In this document: piece by piece, positions 37,001-47,489 of the stretch | How the letters are laid out: each line of letters starts with the position of its first letter | How positions within the stretch are numbered: position 1 is the stretch's first letter | Assembly (NCBI RefSeq): GCF_963921235.1 | Contig: NC_086101.1 | Coordinates: forward strand, 8,310,001 to 8,374,000 | Length of the DNA stretch: 64,000 bases | DNA from: Mobula hypostoma | Lineage: Eukaryota | Direction: 5' to 3' | The notes under the pieces: model-generated | What the model saw: only the letters and a program-made list of their open reading frames with translations | What the model was told of the DNA's origin: nothing | Database searches by the model: none | Made by a program: the position numbers and the translations under genes

Positions 37001-38091
37001 GGCTGGCTGACAGAAAACAAAGAGTAGCGATTAATGAGTCCCTTTCGGAATGGCAGGCGGTGATCCGTGGGGTACCGCAGGGTTCAGTGCTGGGACCGCA
37101 GCTGTTTACAATATATACTAATGATTTAGATGAAGGAATTAAAAGTAACATTAACAAATTTGCCAATGACACAAAGCTGGGAGGCAGTGTGAAATGTTAG
37201 GAGGATGTTATGAGAATGCAGTGTGACTTGGACAGGCTGGGTGAGTGGGCAGATACAGTTTAATGTGGATAAATGTGAGGTTATCCACTTTGGTGGTAAG
37301 AACAGGAAGGCAGATTATTACCTAAATGGAGTCAAGTTAGGAAAAGGGGAAGCACAACGAGATCGAGGTGTTCTTGTACATCAGTCACTGAAAGCAAGCA
37401 TGCAAGTACAGCAGGCAGTGAAGAAAGCTAATGGCATGCTGGCCTTCATAACAAGGGGAATTGAGTATAAGAGCAAAGAGGTCCTTCTGCAGCTGTACAG
37501 GGCCCTGGTGAGACCACACCTGGAGTATTGTGTGCAGTTTTCGTCTCCAAATTTGAGGAAGGACATTCTTGCTATTGAGGGAGTGCAGCGTAAGTTTACA
37601 AGGTTAATTACCAGGATGACGGGACTGTCATATGTCGAAAGGTTGGAGCGACTGGGCTTGTATACTCTGGAATTTAGACGGCTGAGAGGGGATCTTATTG
37701 AAACATATAAGATTATTAAGGGATTGGACATGCTGGAGGCAGGAAGCATGTTCCCGCTGATGGGTGAGTCCAGAACCAGAGGCCACAGTTTAAGAATTAG
37801 GGGTAGGCCATTTAGAACGGAGTTGAGGAAAAACTTTTTCACCCAGAGAGTGGTGGATATGTGGAATGCTCTGCCCCAGAAGGCTGTGGAGGCCAAGTCT
37901 CTGGATGCTTTCAAGAAAGAGATGGATAGAGCTCTTAAAGATAGCAGAATCAAAGGTTATGGGGATAAGGCAGGAACTGGATACTGATAGTGGATGATCA
38001 GCCATGATCACAGTGAATGGCGGTGCTGGCTCGAAGGGCCGAACGGCCTACTCCTGCACCTATTGTCTATTGTCTATTGCCTATCGCCTAT
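34003..38091 (+). mobile_element. CR1 LINE (endonuclease + RT, decayed) carrying a nested CR1
   Basis: ORFs 34005-34466 (endonuclease), 35954-36790, 36823-37200 and 37223-37987. (CTATTGT)n tail. TSD TGCCTC at 33997-34002 and 38092-38097. Confidence 0.93.
34660..36015 (+). mobile_element. Young 5'-truncated CR1 LINE with open 429-aa RT/C-terminal frame
   Basis: ORF 34661-35950 is uninterrupted ([23 protein letters not shown]). (CTATGTT)n tail. GTTC[C]AAAG duplicated at 34651-34659 and 36012-36019. Confidence 0.95.
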
Positions 38092-38444
38092 TGCCTCCCT
38101 CCTTTCTTAAAGAGTGGAGTGACATTTGCAATTTTACAGTCCTCTGGCACCATGCCAGAGTCCAATAATTCTTGAACAATTATTACTAATGCCTCCACAG
38201 TCTCCACTGCTACCACTTTCAGAACCCTAGGGTACAGTTCATCTGGTCCGGGTGACATGTACCTTTAGGTCTTTCATCTTTTTGAGCGCCTTCCTCCCTG
38301 TAATAGTAATTGCACTCACTTCTTGTCCAACTCCTGGCACAATGCTAGTGTGTTCCACAGTGAAGACTATTGCAAAATACTCATTTAGTTCATCTGCCAG
38401 TTCCAAGTCCCCCATTATTATTTCTCCAACCTCATTTTCTAGTG

Positions 38445-38993
38445 GTCTGATATCTACTCTCATCCCTCTTGTATTTTTTATATATAGAAACATAGAAAAC
38501 CTACAACACAATACAGGCCCTTCGGCCCACAAAGCTGTGCCAAACATGTCCCTACCTTAGAAATTACTAGGCTTACCCATAACCCTCTATTTTTCTAAGC
38601 TCCATGTATCTATCCAAAAGTCTCTTAAAAGACCCTGTTGTATCCACCTCCACCACTGTTGCTGGCAGCCCATTCCACACACTGACCACTCTCTGCGTAA
38701 AAAACTTACCCCTGACATCTGCTCTGTACCTACACCCCAGCACCTTAAACCTGTGCCCTCTTGTGGCAACCATTTCAGCCCTGAGAAAAAGCCTCTGACT
38801 ATCCACACGATCAATGCCTCTCATCATCTTATACACCTCTATCAGGTCACCACTCATCCTCCATCGCTCCAAGGAGAAAAGGCCAAGTTCACTCAACCTA
38901 TTCTCATAAGGCATGCTCCCCAATCCAGGCAACATCCTTGTAAATCTCCTCTGCACCCTTTCTATGGTTTCCACATCCTTCCTGTAGTGAGGC
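38445..38993 (-). mobile_element. CR1 LINE 3' fragment
   Basis: ORF 38573-39007 reads PHYRKDVETIERVQRRFTRMLPG. Confidence 0.9.
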
Positions 38994-39236
38994 GGCCATA
39001 TGACCAATGTGATCTCTTTACACTAAAATGGACAACAATATTTTTCTTGTAAAAATGATGTATAATTTATGTCTTCTTGTGAGTGCTGTTTATCTGATGC
39101 TTCATGCTGGTGATGCTGCTGAAAATTAGTTTTTCGTTGCACCTGTGCATGGTCAGAATTAAAATCAGGTTTATTATCACTGACATATGTTTTCTGACAA
39201 CAGTTCATGATATATATACATATGATATATGTTATA

Positions 39237-39535
39237 GGCATCCGTTAGTCTCGTGAGACCATGGATTTGCGCCTTGCAAGGTTTCCAGGGTGCAGGCCTG
39301 GGCAAGGTTGTATGGAAGACCAGCAGTTGCCCATGCTGCAAGTCTCCCCTCTCCATGCCACCGATGTTGTCCAAGGGACGGGCACTAGGGCCGATACAGC
39401 TTGGCACCAGTGTCATCGCAGAGCAACGTGTGGTTAAGTGCCTTGCTCAAGGACACAACACGTTTCCTCAGCTGAGGCTCGAACTAGCAACCTTCAGATC
39501 ACTAGACCAACACCTTAACCATTTGGCCATGTGCC
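39237..39535 (-). mobile_element. Composite SINE: tRNA-like head + CORE-like box + RTE-type tail
   Basis: Minus strand reads TGGCCAAATGG...AGTTCGAGCC, then GTGTCCTTGAGCAAGGCACTTAACC, then about 180 bp shared with 40619-40810. Confidence 0.65.
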
Positions 39536-39634
39536 CACACTTCTTGTGCAAGGCATAATACTATATGTTACAATAATAACTAGATTAGATTGATAGAGAG
39601 ATAGTGCAAAAGAGGACTAGCAAGGTGATGTTCA

Positions 39635-39686
39635 TAACTTTGCTATGGACAGTCCCAACCCGGCTGTGAAAGCAGGAGGGTTGGGC
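39635..39686 (+). ncRNA. Twister-like ribozyme motif (degenerate) at 5' end of RTE-derived element
   Basis: TAA-CTTT-GCT-ATG-GACAG-TCCC-AA(-)C-CCGGC-TGTGAAA-GCAG-GAGGG-TTGGGC follows P1-type twister element order. Lacks the G of AAGC. Confidence 0.65.
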
Positions 39687-39883
39687 ATGGGGCTAGAAAC
39701 CCCTCCTCGTAAAAACCCAGAGCTACAGAAATGCCAGCAGGAGCTCCAAAGATCTCTTCCCTGGGAGAAGATGGATCTTTGCTGAGAAGACCTATGAAGA
39801 GGTGGTGAAAACGGAAGCCAGAGGGCTGATCGACCTTCAGCCCTGGTCAGAGAATGCTAGCGAACTGCTGTCGGCGGCCTATG
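39636..39883 (+). mobile_element. Short non-autonomous RTE-derived retroposon
   Basis: Homologous to 48151-48394; interrupts a Rex1-type remnant (GTTCAT|...|ATGGACC). Confidence 0.7.
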
Positions 39884-40194
39884 GACCACTCAGAAAACTG
39901 ATGACAGACGGGTAGAAGCTGTTCCTAAGACACTGAGCATCAGATTTTAGGCTCCTGTACCTCCTTCCCCCATTGGTAGTAACAAGAAGAGGGCATGTCC
40001 TGGAAGGAGAGAGTCCTTAATGATGAATGCTGCTTTCTTTGAGGCATCGCCTTCTGAGGATGTCCTCATTGATGTACTTGTGCATTTGACAATAAACTTG
40101 ACTTTAACTTTGGCTAATTTTAGGGAGCTACAGACCTGGACCTCAAGAACCCTCAACTGGTTGCTGGGGGATGTATTTAGTAAGAGAGTTTCCC

Positions 40195-40364
40195 TGTACA
40201 TTGAGGTAAGTCCAGCAGGTCCACCCACTTTGTATAAAGTATACAATGTATAAAGTGTACAATGTATAAATGTATACAATGTATGAAGTGTACCATGTAT
40301 AAATGTATACAATGTATAAAGTATACAATGTGGGATGGAACTGCTGGACGTACCTCAATGTACA
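40195..40364. repeat. Foldback: ~42-bp inverted repeats around a tandem TGTATAAA/TGTATACAA array
   Basis: TGTACATTGAGGTAAGTCCAGCAGGTCCACCCACTTTGTATA versus the reverse complement of 40322-40364. Confidence 0.8.
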
Positions 40365-40618
40365 AACACAGTCCTTCCAACACCACTGAGTACTGACCTG
40401 GAGTAAAAATTAATTGAATTATTTATACTCTTACTCCAGAGTTTAATGTCTCAATAAATGTATTTATTGGACAATAAAATTAACTTGGACTTTGGCTGGG
40501 GAGGAACTTAAGTGAGCTCAGGATTAAAGCAGCCGATATCTCACTCCACGGTGAAGCTATATAATCATAGCCATGTTCGCTATATGGTGGAGGCATATGA
40601 TTACATACTATATATAAA

Positions 40619-41000
40619 TGGCATCTGTTAGTCTCTTGAGACCATGGATCTGTGCCTGGAAAGTCTTCACTCTCCAGGGCGCAGGCCTGGGCAAGGTTAT
40701 ATGGAAGACCAGCAGTTGCCCATGCAGCAAGTCTCCCCTCTCCATGACACCGATGTTGTCCAAAGGAAGGGCAGGGGCCGATACAGCTTGGCATCAGTGT
40801 CATCGCAGGAGTTGCCAGAACGAGATTGAAGGCAATGTCGGACTGCCTTAGGGACTCCAGCTCCGGATTTGTCCTCAGGGTTTACTCCCGAAGCCTTTCC
40901 CGTGAGTGGGTATGGCCGCAAGGCAGCGGAGGTTTGAAATCAGAGTTTTCCCTCTCTTAGATGGACTGCCTTCCCAGGCTGACGAGCTCCATCTACCTGA
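40619..41000 (-). mobile_element. Non-autonomous RTE-like retroposon
   Basis: Shares segments with 21895-22790 and its 3' tail with 39237-39420. Confidence 0.6.
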
Positions 41001-42509
41001 AATATATATATATATAGTCCCTCCAATGGCTCCTTGAAAATTATTTGCATTTAGTTATTCCCAAGACATGCCGTACAATGAGCATACCAAAAGCTTGTCA
41101 TGACGGTGACCGAATGACTCCACCAGGAGTTAAGGGTGCGCATGCAAACTCACACACACACACACACACACACACAGTCATTCAGCGAGGTCATCCCTTT
41201 CTTCAGATTCAGGTTCATTTATTCATCACGTACATTGAAACACTGTGTGAAATGCATTATTTGTATTAAGAACCAACACAACCTAAGGATGTGTGTAGGG
41301 GACAATTGATTTAATTATCCTTGAGATTCATCTGCTTACAGGCAGCCACGAGACAAGAAACCCGAACGAACCTGATTTAAAAAGAAGACCAACACCCAAT
41401 GCGCAGAGAAAAAAAATTATAATTCATGCAAACAGTATTAGCAAGCAGTGGCATTCAGCACGACAGTGAGTTCCGGAGACCTGAAGCTCAGAGCAGCCAG
41501 AGCAGGCCCACAGCCTCAGGCTCGGTTCATCACACGGCAGGGCAAATCATCACGAATCTCTCAGACAGAAGGCCCAGAGCAGCCAGAGCAGGACACAGCC
41601 ACTGTGTCAGTCCTATTGAGAGCGAGGTAAATGTCACGGAGCTGTGAGCAGAACCGGCCTGAAGTGCTGCCGTTTCAGTCCATCTGGTCCAGTGTTTATG
41701 TTGTCCAAACGCCGGGTCACCCCCGGCACCAGGACCCACGCCCCGCCGCATTGGTAAGCTTTGCACCTGGACCCCGCTGACACATCGGATGTTCACAAAT
41801 TTAAGCAGAGCAATCAATAACAACAAGACAAAACAATAGAAAAACGAGCTGCCTTCCTCCCTACGTTCTACACATCCACACACATACAGAATGGCCCCCA
41901 ACCCAAGGCCAGGCCGCCTCAGGGCCTCCAGTGGACTCACAGACTCCCAGATGTCGGGGCTCTGACCTCTCCAGTGGACATGCAGACTCACAGACCCAGG
42001 GGTTCCTCGGGCCTCAACTTCTGGACATGTCAACTTCGGACTTTGATCTTCAGCATTGCCACCAATGACCGGACCCCGAACTGCAGGCCCCAAAGGCTTG
42101 GTGTCAGTCGGGTCATTGGCCCACATCCACTCAGAATGGAGGTGGCAAGGTCGGATAGTGTAAGGGACCGGGAGGACACCCAGAGCAGAAAACAGCCGTG
42201 TCTCAGCAATGGAAAGAGCGTGCCTGCTCGCTGTCCCGTCTGTGGGAGGCTCTGCCGTTCCAGCTGAGGTCAAGTTTGTTGTCATGCGCACAAGCAGAGT
42301 GAAAAATCTGCTTGCTGCAGCATCACAGGCAGGTAGGTATATACCTACTCTAAACACAGAACATTAATGATACACTTTACAAGACAATGAAAGGAAGGGG
42401 GAGTCCATTGAAAGGCCTGGAGAGAGTGGACATGGAGAGGATGCTTTCAATAGTGAGAGAGTCTAGGACTAGATGGCACAGCCTCAGAATGATCCCCTTT
42501 TCAACAGAG

Positions 42510-42720
42510 TGATGCACCATCAATAACTCCAAAAGACTGGAAGTAGAGTAAATACTGAAAGGCTTTTATTCGCAGTAAAATGTGACCTCCAGCATGCTGA
42601 GTGTCTGCCCCTGGACTGAGGGAGGAGCCATGGCGCAATCGCCTTTATTCAGGGGCAGTCAGCAGAGGGGCATGTCCAGACAGGTAACCTAGTTACAACA
42701 TATAAATATGGTATACCACA
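42510..42720 (-). repeat. 3' LTR (211 bp)
   Basis: Direct repeat of 45396-45507, which lacks about 99 internal bp. Confidence 0.92.
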
Positions 42721-42924
42721 TTCACCCCTCCTTTTTTTAAAAAGAGTCCCGCGGGGTGAAGTGACTGACAATATTTAAAACAAGTATATTTACAGGTTAA
42801 GTCTATCAGGCGGTCGAGTCCGTCGCTGTGATCTACGTAGCATCGGTGGTGATTGCATCGGCGACGGCGGTTGTGCTGGCTCCGGCCTGACTTGAGGTGC
42901 CAACACGTTAGGCGTCGGTAATCC

Positions 42925-43784
42925 CTAGTGCGTGTGTGTCACGACCGGTATGGGAGTGTCGAGTGGTGCCTGTGTAGGGCTTGGAGTGCGCGGTGTCTGG
43001 TGGGTATATATATTGGTGGGTACGGGGTTAATAGTCACCATGGAGTGTTCAGGGTAGAGGCCCAGTGATCCTGCGGGCGCCAGGTCGCGGATGGAGACCG
43101 TGTCCTTCCGCCCATCAGGTAAAACCACATAGGCATACTGAGGGTTCACATGAAGTAAGTGAACCCTCTCGACCATCGGGGAGTATTTATTGCTCCTTGC
43201 ATGTTTCCAGAGCAGCACTGGCCCCGGGGACGTCAGCCAAGATGGTAGGGTGGTCCCAGTGGTCGATTTTCTGGGAAAAGAAAAGAGCCGCTCATGAGGG
43301 GTGGCATTGGTGGCCATGCATAACAGGGAGTGGATGGAGTGGAGTGCCTCGGGAAGGACCTCCTGCCAGCGGGAGACCGGCAGTCCCTTTGACCTGAGGG
43401 CTAAGAGTGTGGCTTTCCACACTGTGCCATTCTCCTTCTCTACCTGTCCATTCCCCCGGGATTATAGCTCGTGGTCCTACTAGTTGCAATACCCCTAGCC
43501 AGTAGATATTGGCGCAGCTCGTCACTCATAAACGAGGACCCTCTGTCACTGTGGATATAGCATGGGTATCCGAACAGAGTGAAGAGCTTGCGCAGGGCTT
43601 TTATGACTGACGTGGTAGTGGTATAGGGGCAGGGGATGGCGAAGGGGAACCGCGAGTACTGGTCGATTACATTAATCCAAGGCCTTGTGCTCGCCTCAAT
43701 GACCCCCTCCCTGAGCAGCCGCTGCACCTCCGACTTAATGAAAGCTGTGTCCCCCGCGCTGTACCTCCTGCTTTTAGTTGCCAC
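42925..43784 (-). pseudogene. pol remnant: RT N-terminus fused to integrase core (RT/RNase H deleted, frameshifted)
   Basis: SEVQRLLREGVIEASTRPW jumps to INVIDQYSRFPFAIPC...IHSDRGSSFMS...TTSYNP; next frame reads W.EVLPEALHSI.SLLC.ATNATPHER. Confidence 0.88.
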
Positions 43785-44155
43785 AGGTTTACAGTCGGGG
43801 GTCAGGTTGGCGAACAGCGGTGGGGGAGGGATCTTGCGGGTGGAGAGGCCGCAAGTGGTGTCGGTAGTGCGGCATTTGGCATTGTGTTGGGTGGGATGTG
43901 TGGGTCGGTGTGTGTGGGTGGTCAGTAGCGGGGTATGGGACGTATTCCTACAAAGCAGTGACGACAGTTTATGACAATTGTTTATTGTTTATTGTTTATG
44001 ACAATTGGTGGGATTGGTGATTGGTGGGAGGGGCCCATCATACTCCATTGTCACGCTTTTCAGGTGGCTCTGGAAGTCAGGCCCCAATAGCACAGGGGCA
44101 TACAGTTGAGGCACGACCAGTAACGTAAAGTCTCGATATTCTGTGCCCTGCACCA

Positions 44156-45370
44156 CTAACGTCGCTGCACAACCCCCCACCGGATGTCTGTTGTATGCGA
44201 CCCAGAAGCCATGGCGACCCTCTGACTTACCGGCAGTATCATGAGTCCACAATGCTGCATCGTGTCCGGGTGGATAAAACTCTCCGTACTGCCCATGTCA
44301 AACAGGCAGCTTGTCCTGAGCCCCTCCACCAGGATGTCCATCATTGACCTTGTGAGCTGGTGGGGAGCGCTTTTGACGAGGGTCACGGAGGCCAGGGTTG
44401 AGTCGCTGTCTTGGTCCGGCGCAGTGGGGTGCCCCGTGAGCACCCGTTGGTCGTAGGCGGTGGGAGGTGGCATCGACCAAGATGGCCGCCCCCATGTCTC
44501 GCACGTGGTGGTGGCGTGCAGGGAAGATGGCGGCCCCCATGTCTCACACGTGGTGGCGGCGTGCAGGGAAGATGGCGGCAGGCAAGATGGCAACCCCCAC
44601 CTCTCGCACGCGGCGCTGCTCGATCCTGCTGGCGGTTTGGACTTACAGACCTTGGTGAAGTGGCCCTTCTTTCCACAGCTGGAGCAGGTAGCTTCTCGGG
44701 CCGGGCAGCGTTTCCAGGGGTGCTTCTCGAGTCCGCAGAAGTAGCACTTCACGGACTCGCAACTGGCAGCAGTCGAGGTCGATTCGCCAGCGGGTTGCCG
44801 GGTCTGCGGCGTCCACGAGGCCATCGGGGGATCGCGTGCCTGGAGAGCCTCAGAGTTGTGCAGAGCGGCCTCCAGCGTGTCAGCCAGCTCAATCACCGAA
44901 TGTAAGGTAAGATCAGCTTGTTCCAGCAGCCGCTGGCGCACATACACTGACCTGGTCCCCGTGATGAAGGCGTCTCTCACTCTGAGCTCCGCATGCTGTT
45001 CTGCCGTCAGTTCTTGGCAGCCGCAGGTCCGCACGAGTGTCCGTAGTGCCCGGACAAACTCAGCGCTCCACTCCCCGGGCCACTGCTGCCGTGTCACTAA
45101 GCGATGCTGCGCATAGACGGTGTTTACCGGCCGCAGGTATTGTCCTTTGAGGGCGCTCATTGCGCTGTCGTAGCTCAGCTGGTCTTTGATCATCGAGTAA
45201 ACCCGTGGACTGACCCTGGAAAGTAGAACTCTGCGGTTCGCTGTGGACTCGGTCACTTCAATTTCCTCTGGGTATGATTCGAAGCCGGCCAGCCAGAGTT
45301 CGAAAGCGTTTCCAGCTTCAGGTGTTTGCGGGTCGAGGTCTAACTTGTCGGGTCTCAGAACGTGTTCCAT
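44156..45370 (-). CDS. Gag (two CCHC knuckles) + aspartic protease of the Gypsy element
   Basis: CYFCGLEKHPWKRC and CSSCGKKGHFTKVC. Protease site LFDMGS (D-T/S-G degenerate). Frameshift at the 3' end. Confidence 0.8.
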   Translation of the reverse strand: MEHVLRPDKLDLDPQTPEAGNAFELWLAGFESYPEEIEVTESTANRRVLLSRVSPRVYSMIKDQLSYDSAMSALKGQYLRPVNTVYAQHRLVTRQQWPGEWSAEFVRALRTLVRTCGCQELTAEQHAELRVRDAFITGTRSVYVRQRLLEQADLTLHSVIELADTLEAALHNSEALQARDPPMASWTPQTRQPAGESTSTAASCESVKCYFCGLEKHPWKRCPAREATCSSCGKKGHFTKVCKSKPPAGSSSAACERWGLPSCLPPSSLHAATTCETWGPPSSLHATTTCETWGRPSWSMPPPTAYDQRVLTGHPTAPDQDSDSTLASVTLVKSAPHQLTRSMMDILVEGLRTSCLFDMGSTESFIHPDTMQHCGLMILPVSQRVAMASGSHTTDIRWGVVQRR

Positions 45371-45395
45371 GCTTTAAAATTACTGCTAATAAAAT

Positions 45396-45507
45396 TGATG
45401 CACCATCAATAACTCCAAAAGACTGGAAGTAGAGTAAATACTGAAAGGCTTTTATTAGCAGTAAAATGTGACCTCCCAGTTACAACATATAAATATGGTT
45501 TACCACA
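45396..45507 (-). repeat. 5' LTR (112 bp, internally deleted)
   Basis: Matches both ends of the 42510-42720 LTR. Confidence 0.92.
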
Positions 45508-45774
45508 CAGAGATGAGCTGCAATCTCTTTAGCCGGGGTGGAGGGGGGGGGGGTGAATCTGGAATTCATTGCCACGGGAAGTTATGGAGGCTAAGCCATT
45601 GGGTATATTTAAAGTGGACATCGATAGGCTCTTGATCAGTAAGAGCATCAGTGGTTACAGGGAGAGGGCAGGTGAATGTACTTGAGAGGGAAACGAAATC
45701 AGCCAAGACCAAATGGTGCAGCAGATTTTATCGTCCAATAGGCCTAATTCTGCTCTTCTGTCTTATGGTCTTAA

Positions 45775-46890
45775 ATTCAAAGTAAAATTTATTATCGGAG
45801 TACATCATGCAACCACATACAACTTGAAATTATTTTTCCTGCAGGCATACTTAGCAAATCTATAGAACAGTTACCATAAACAGGATCAATGAACAACAAA
45901 CTGCAAATGGAAATGTAAATAAATAGTAACAAACAATGAGATCATGAAATAGGAAGATAAATAGTCCTGAAAGTGAGGTCATTGGTGTGGGAACACCAGA
46001 AATAGAATGAGTGTAATTATCCCCTTTTGTTCAAGAGCCTGATGGTTGAGGGTGTGAGTTGTGAGTCCTGAGGCACCTGTACATTCTACCTGATGGCAGC
46101 AGCGAGAAAAGAGCATGGCCTGGGTGGTGAGGATCTTTGATGATGGTTGATGCTTTTCTATGGCAATGTTTCACGTAAATGTGCTCAATGGTTGGGAGGG
46201 CTTTATCTGCGATGTACTGGGCCAGATCCAGTACATTTTGTAGGATTTTCTGCTCAAAGGCATTGGTGTTTCCATACCAGGCCATGATGCAGTCACTCAA
46301 CACACTTTCCACCACACATCGATAGAAGTTTGCCAAGGTTTTTAATGACATGCCGAATCTCTGCAGACTCCTGAGGAAGTAGAGGCATTGTCATGCTTTC
46401 GTTGAAATTATGTTTATATGATAGGTCCAGGACAGGTCCTCTGAGATAGTGACACCCAGTTACTGACCCTCTCCACCTCTGATCCTCCGATGACCACTGG
46501 CTCATGGACCTCTGGTTTCCCTCTCCTGAAGTCTACAGTCAGTTCCTTGGTCTTACTGACACTGAGTGAGAGGTCGTTGTTATTACACCACTCAGGCAAA
46601 TTTTCAGTCTCCCTCCTGTATGCTGATTCATCACCACCTTTGATACGGCCCACAACAGTGATGCCATCACTTGGATATGGCGTTGGAGCTGTAGTTAGCC
46701 ACACAGTCACAGGTGTAAAGCAAGTAGAGCAGGGGGCTAAACATACAGTCCTGTGTTGCTCTCGTGCTGATGGAGATTGTGGAGGAGATGATTTTGCCAA
46801 ACCAAACTAACTGGGGTCTACAAGTGAGGAAATCCAGATCCAATTGCACAAGGGGATATTGAGGCCCAGGTCTTGGAGTTTACTGATTAG
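45775..46890 (-). mobile_element. Rex1/Babar-type LINE (RT to 3' end, decayed)
   Basis: TVVGRIKGGDESAYRRE..WCNNNDLSLSVSKTKELTVDFRR; FYRCVVESVLSDCIMAWYGN; DPHHPGHALFSLLPSG. Confidence 0.88.
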
Positions 46891-47489
46891 TCTTATGAAT
46901 AAGTAGTAGGAGTTCTGATGAAGGCATCAGTCAATGAGCCAGTGAGTAACCTGTCCCACACTAACTTGTCAAGGTAGCCATTGAGATTTTATTGAAAACT
47001 GGGTATCAAAGAGTTTGGCTTTGGGATTATCACATCTTACTCAGTGGAAAATTGTTGTAGTTTTTGTTGGACTTCCTCTGGCAGTTTGTTAACATCGACA
47101 CACCACCTTCTGCATGAAAATTTGCCTCTCAGGTTCCTTGTAAATCTTTCTCCTCTCACAATAAACGGTGCCCTCTGGTTTTGGACTCCCATTGCCTTGG
47201 GAAAACCCTGGCTATTCATCTCTGCCCCTCATGGTTTTCTAAAGCTTTATAAGCTCATCCATCAGCCTCCCATACACCGTGGAAAATAATCTTAACATAT
47301 CCAGCCTCTCCATATAACTCTGCTCCCATAAATATTTTTTGCACTATTGCCAGTCTAATAACATCCTTCCTATAGCAGGGTGACCAGAACAATACACTGT
47401 GCTGAAAATATGATCTTCCCAACATCTTGTCCAGCTGCAATGTGACGTCCCAGTACCTGTACTGAATACTTTGCCAAACGCATTCTTCA

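Larger units (their letters stand above)
42510..45507 (-). mobile_element. Ty3/Gypsy LTR retrotransposon (Mag-like gag), internally deleted
   Basis: TG...CA LTRs at 42510-42720 and 45396-45507. 5-bp TSD CAGAG at 42505-42509 and 45508-45512. Polypurine tract on the minus strand at 42721-42740. Gag-protease and integrase remnants. Inserted in a CR1 3' fragment. Confidence 0.95.

Noticed and set aside
41697..41715. Resemblance to miR-219 (TTGTCCAAACGC)
   Set aside because: Only a partial match; the seed and 3' end differ, no precursor hairpin was seen, and it lies in repeat-like sequence.
41530..42357. 275-aa minus-strand ORF
   Set aside because: Appears to span several unrelated repeat fragments and has no recognisable motif.
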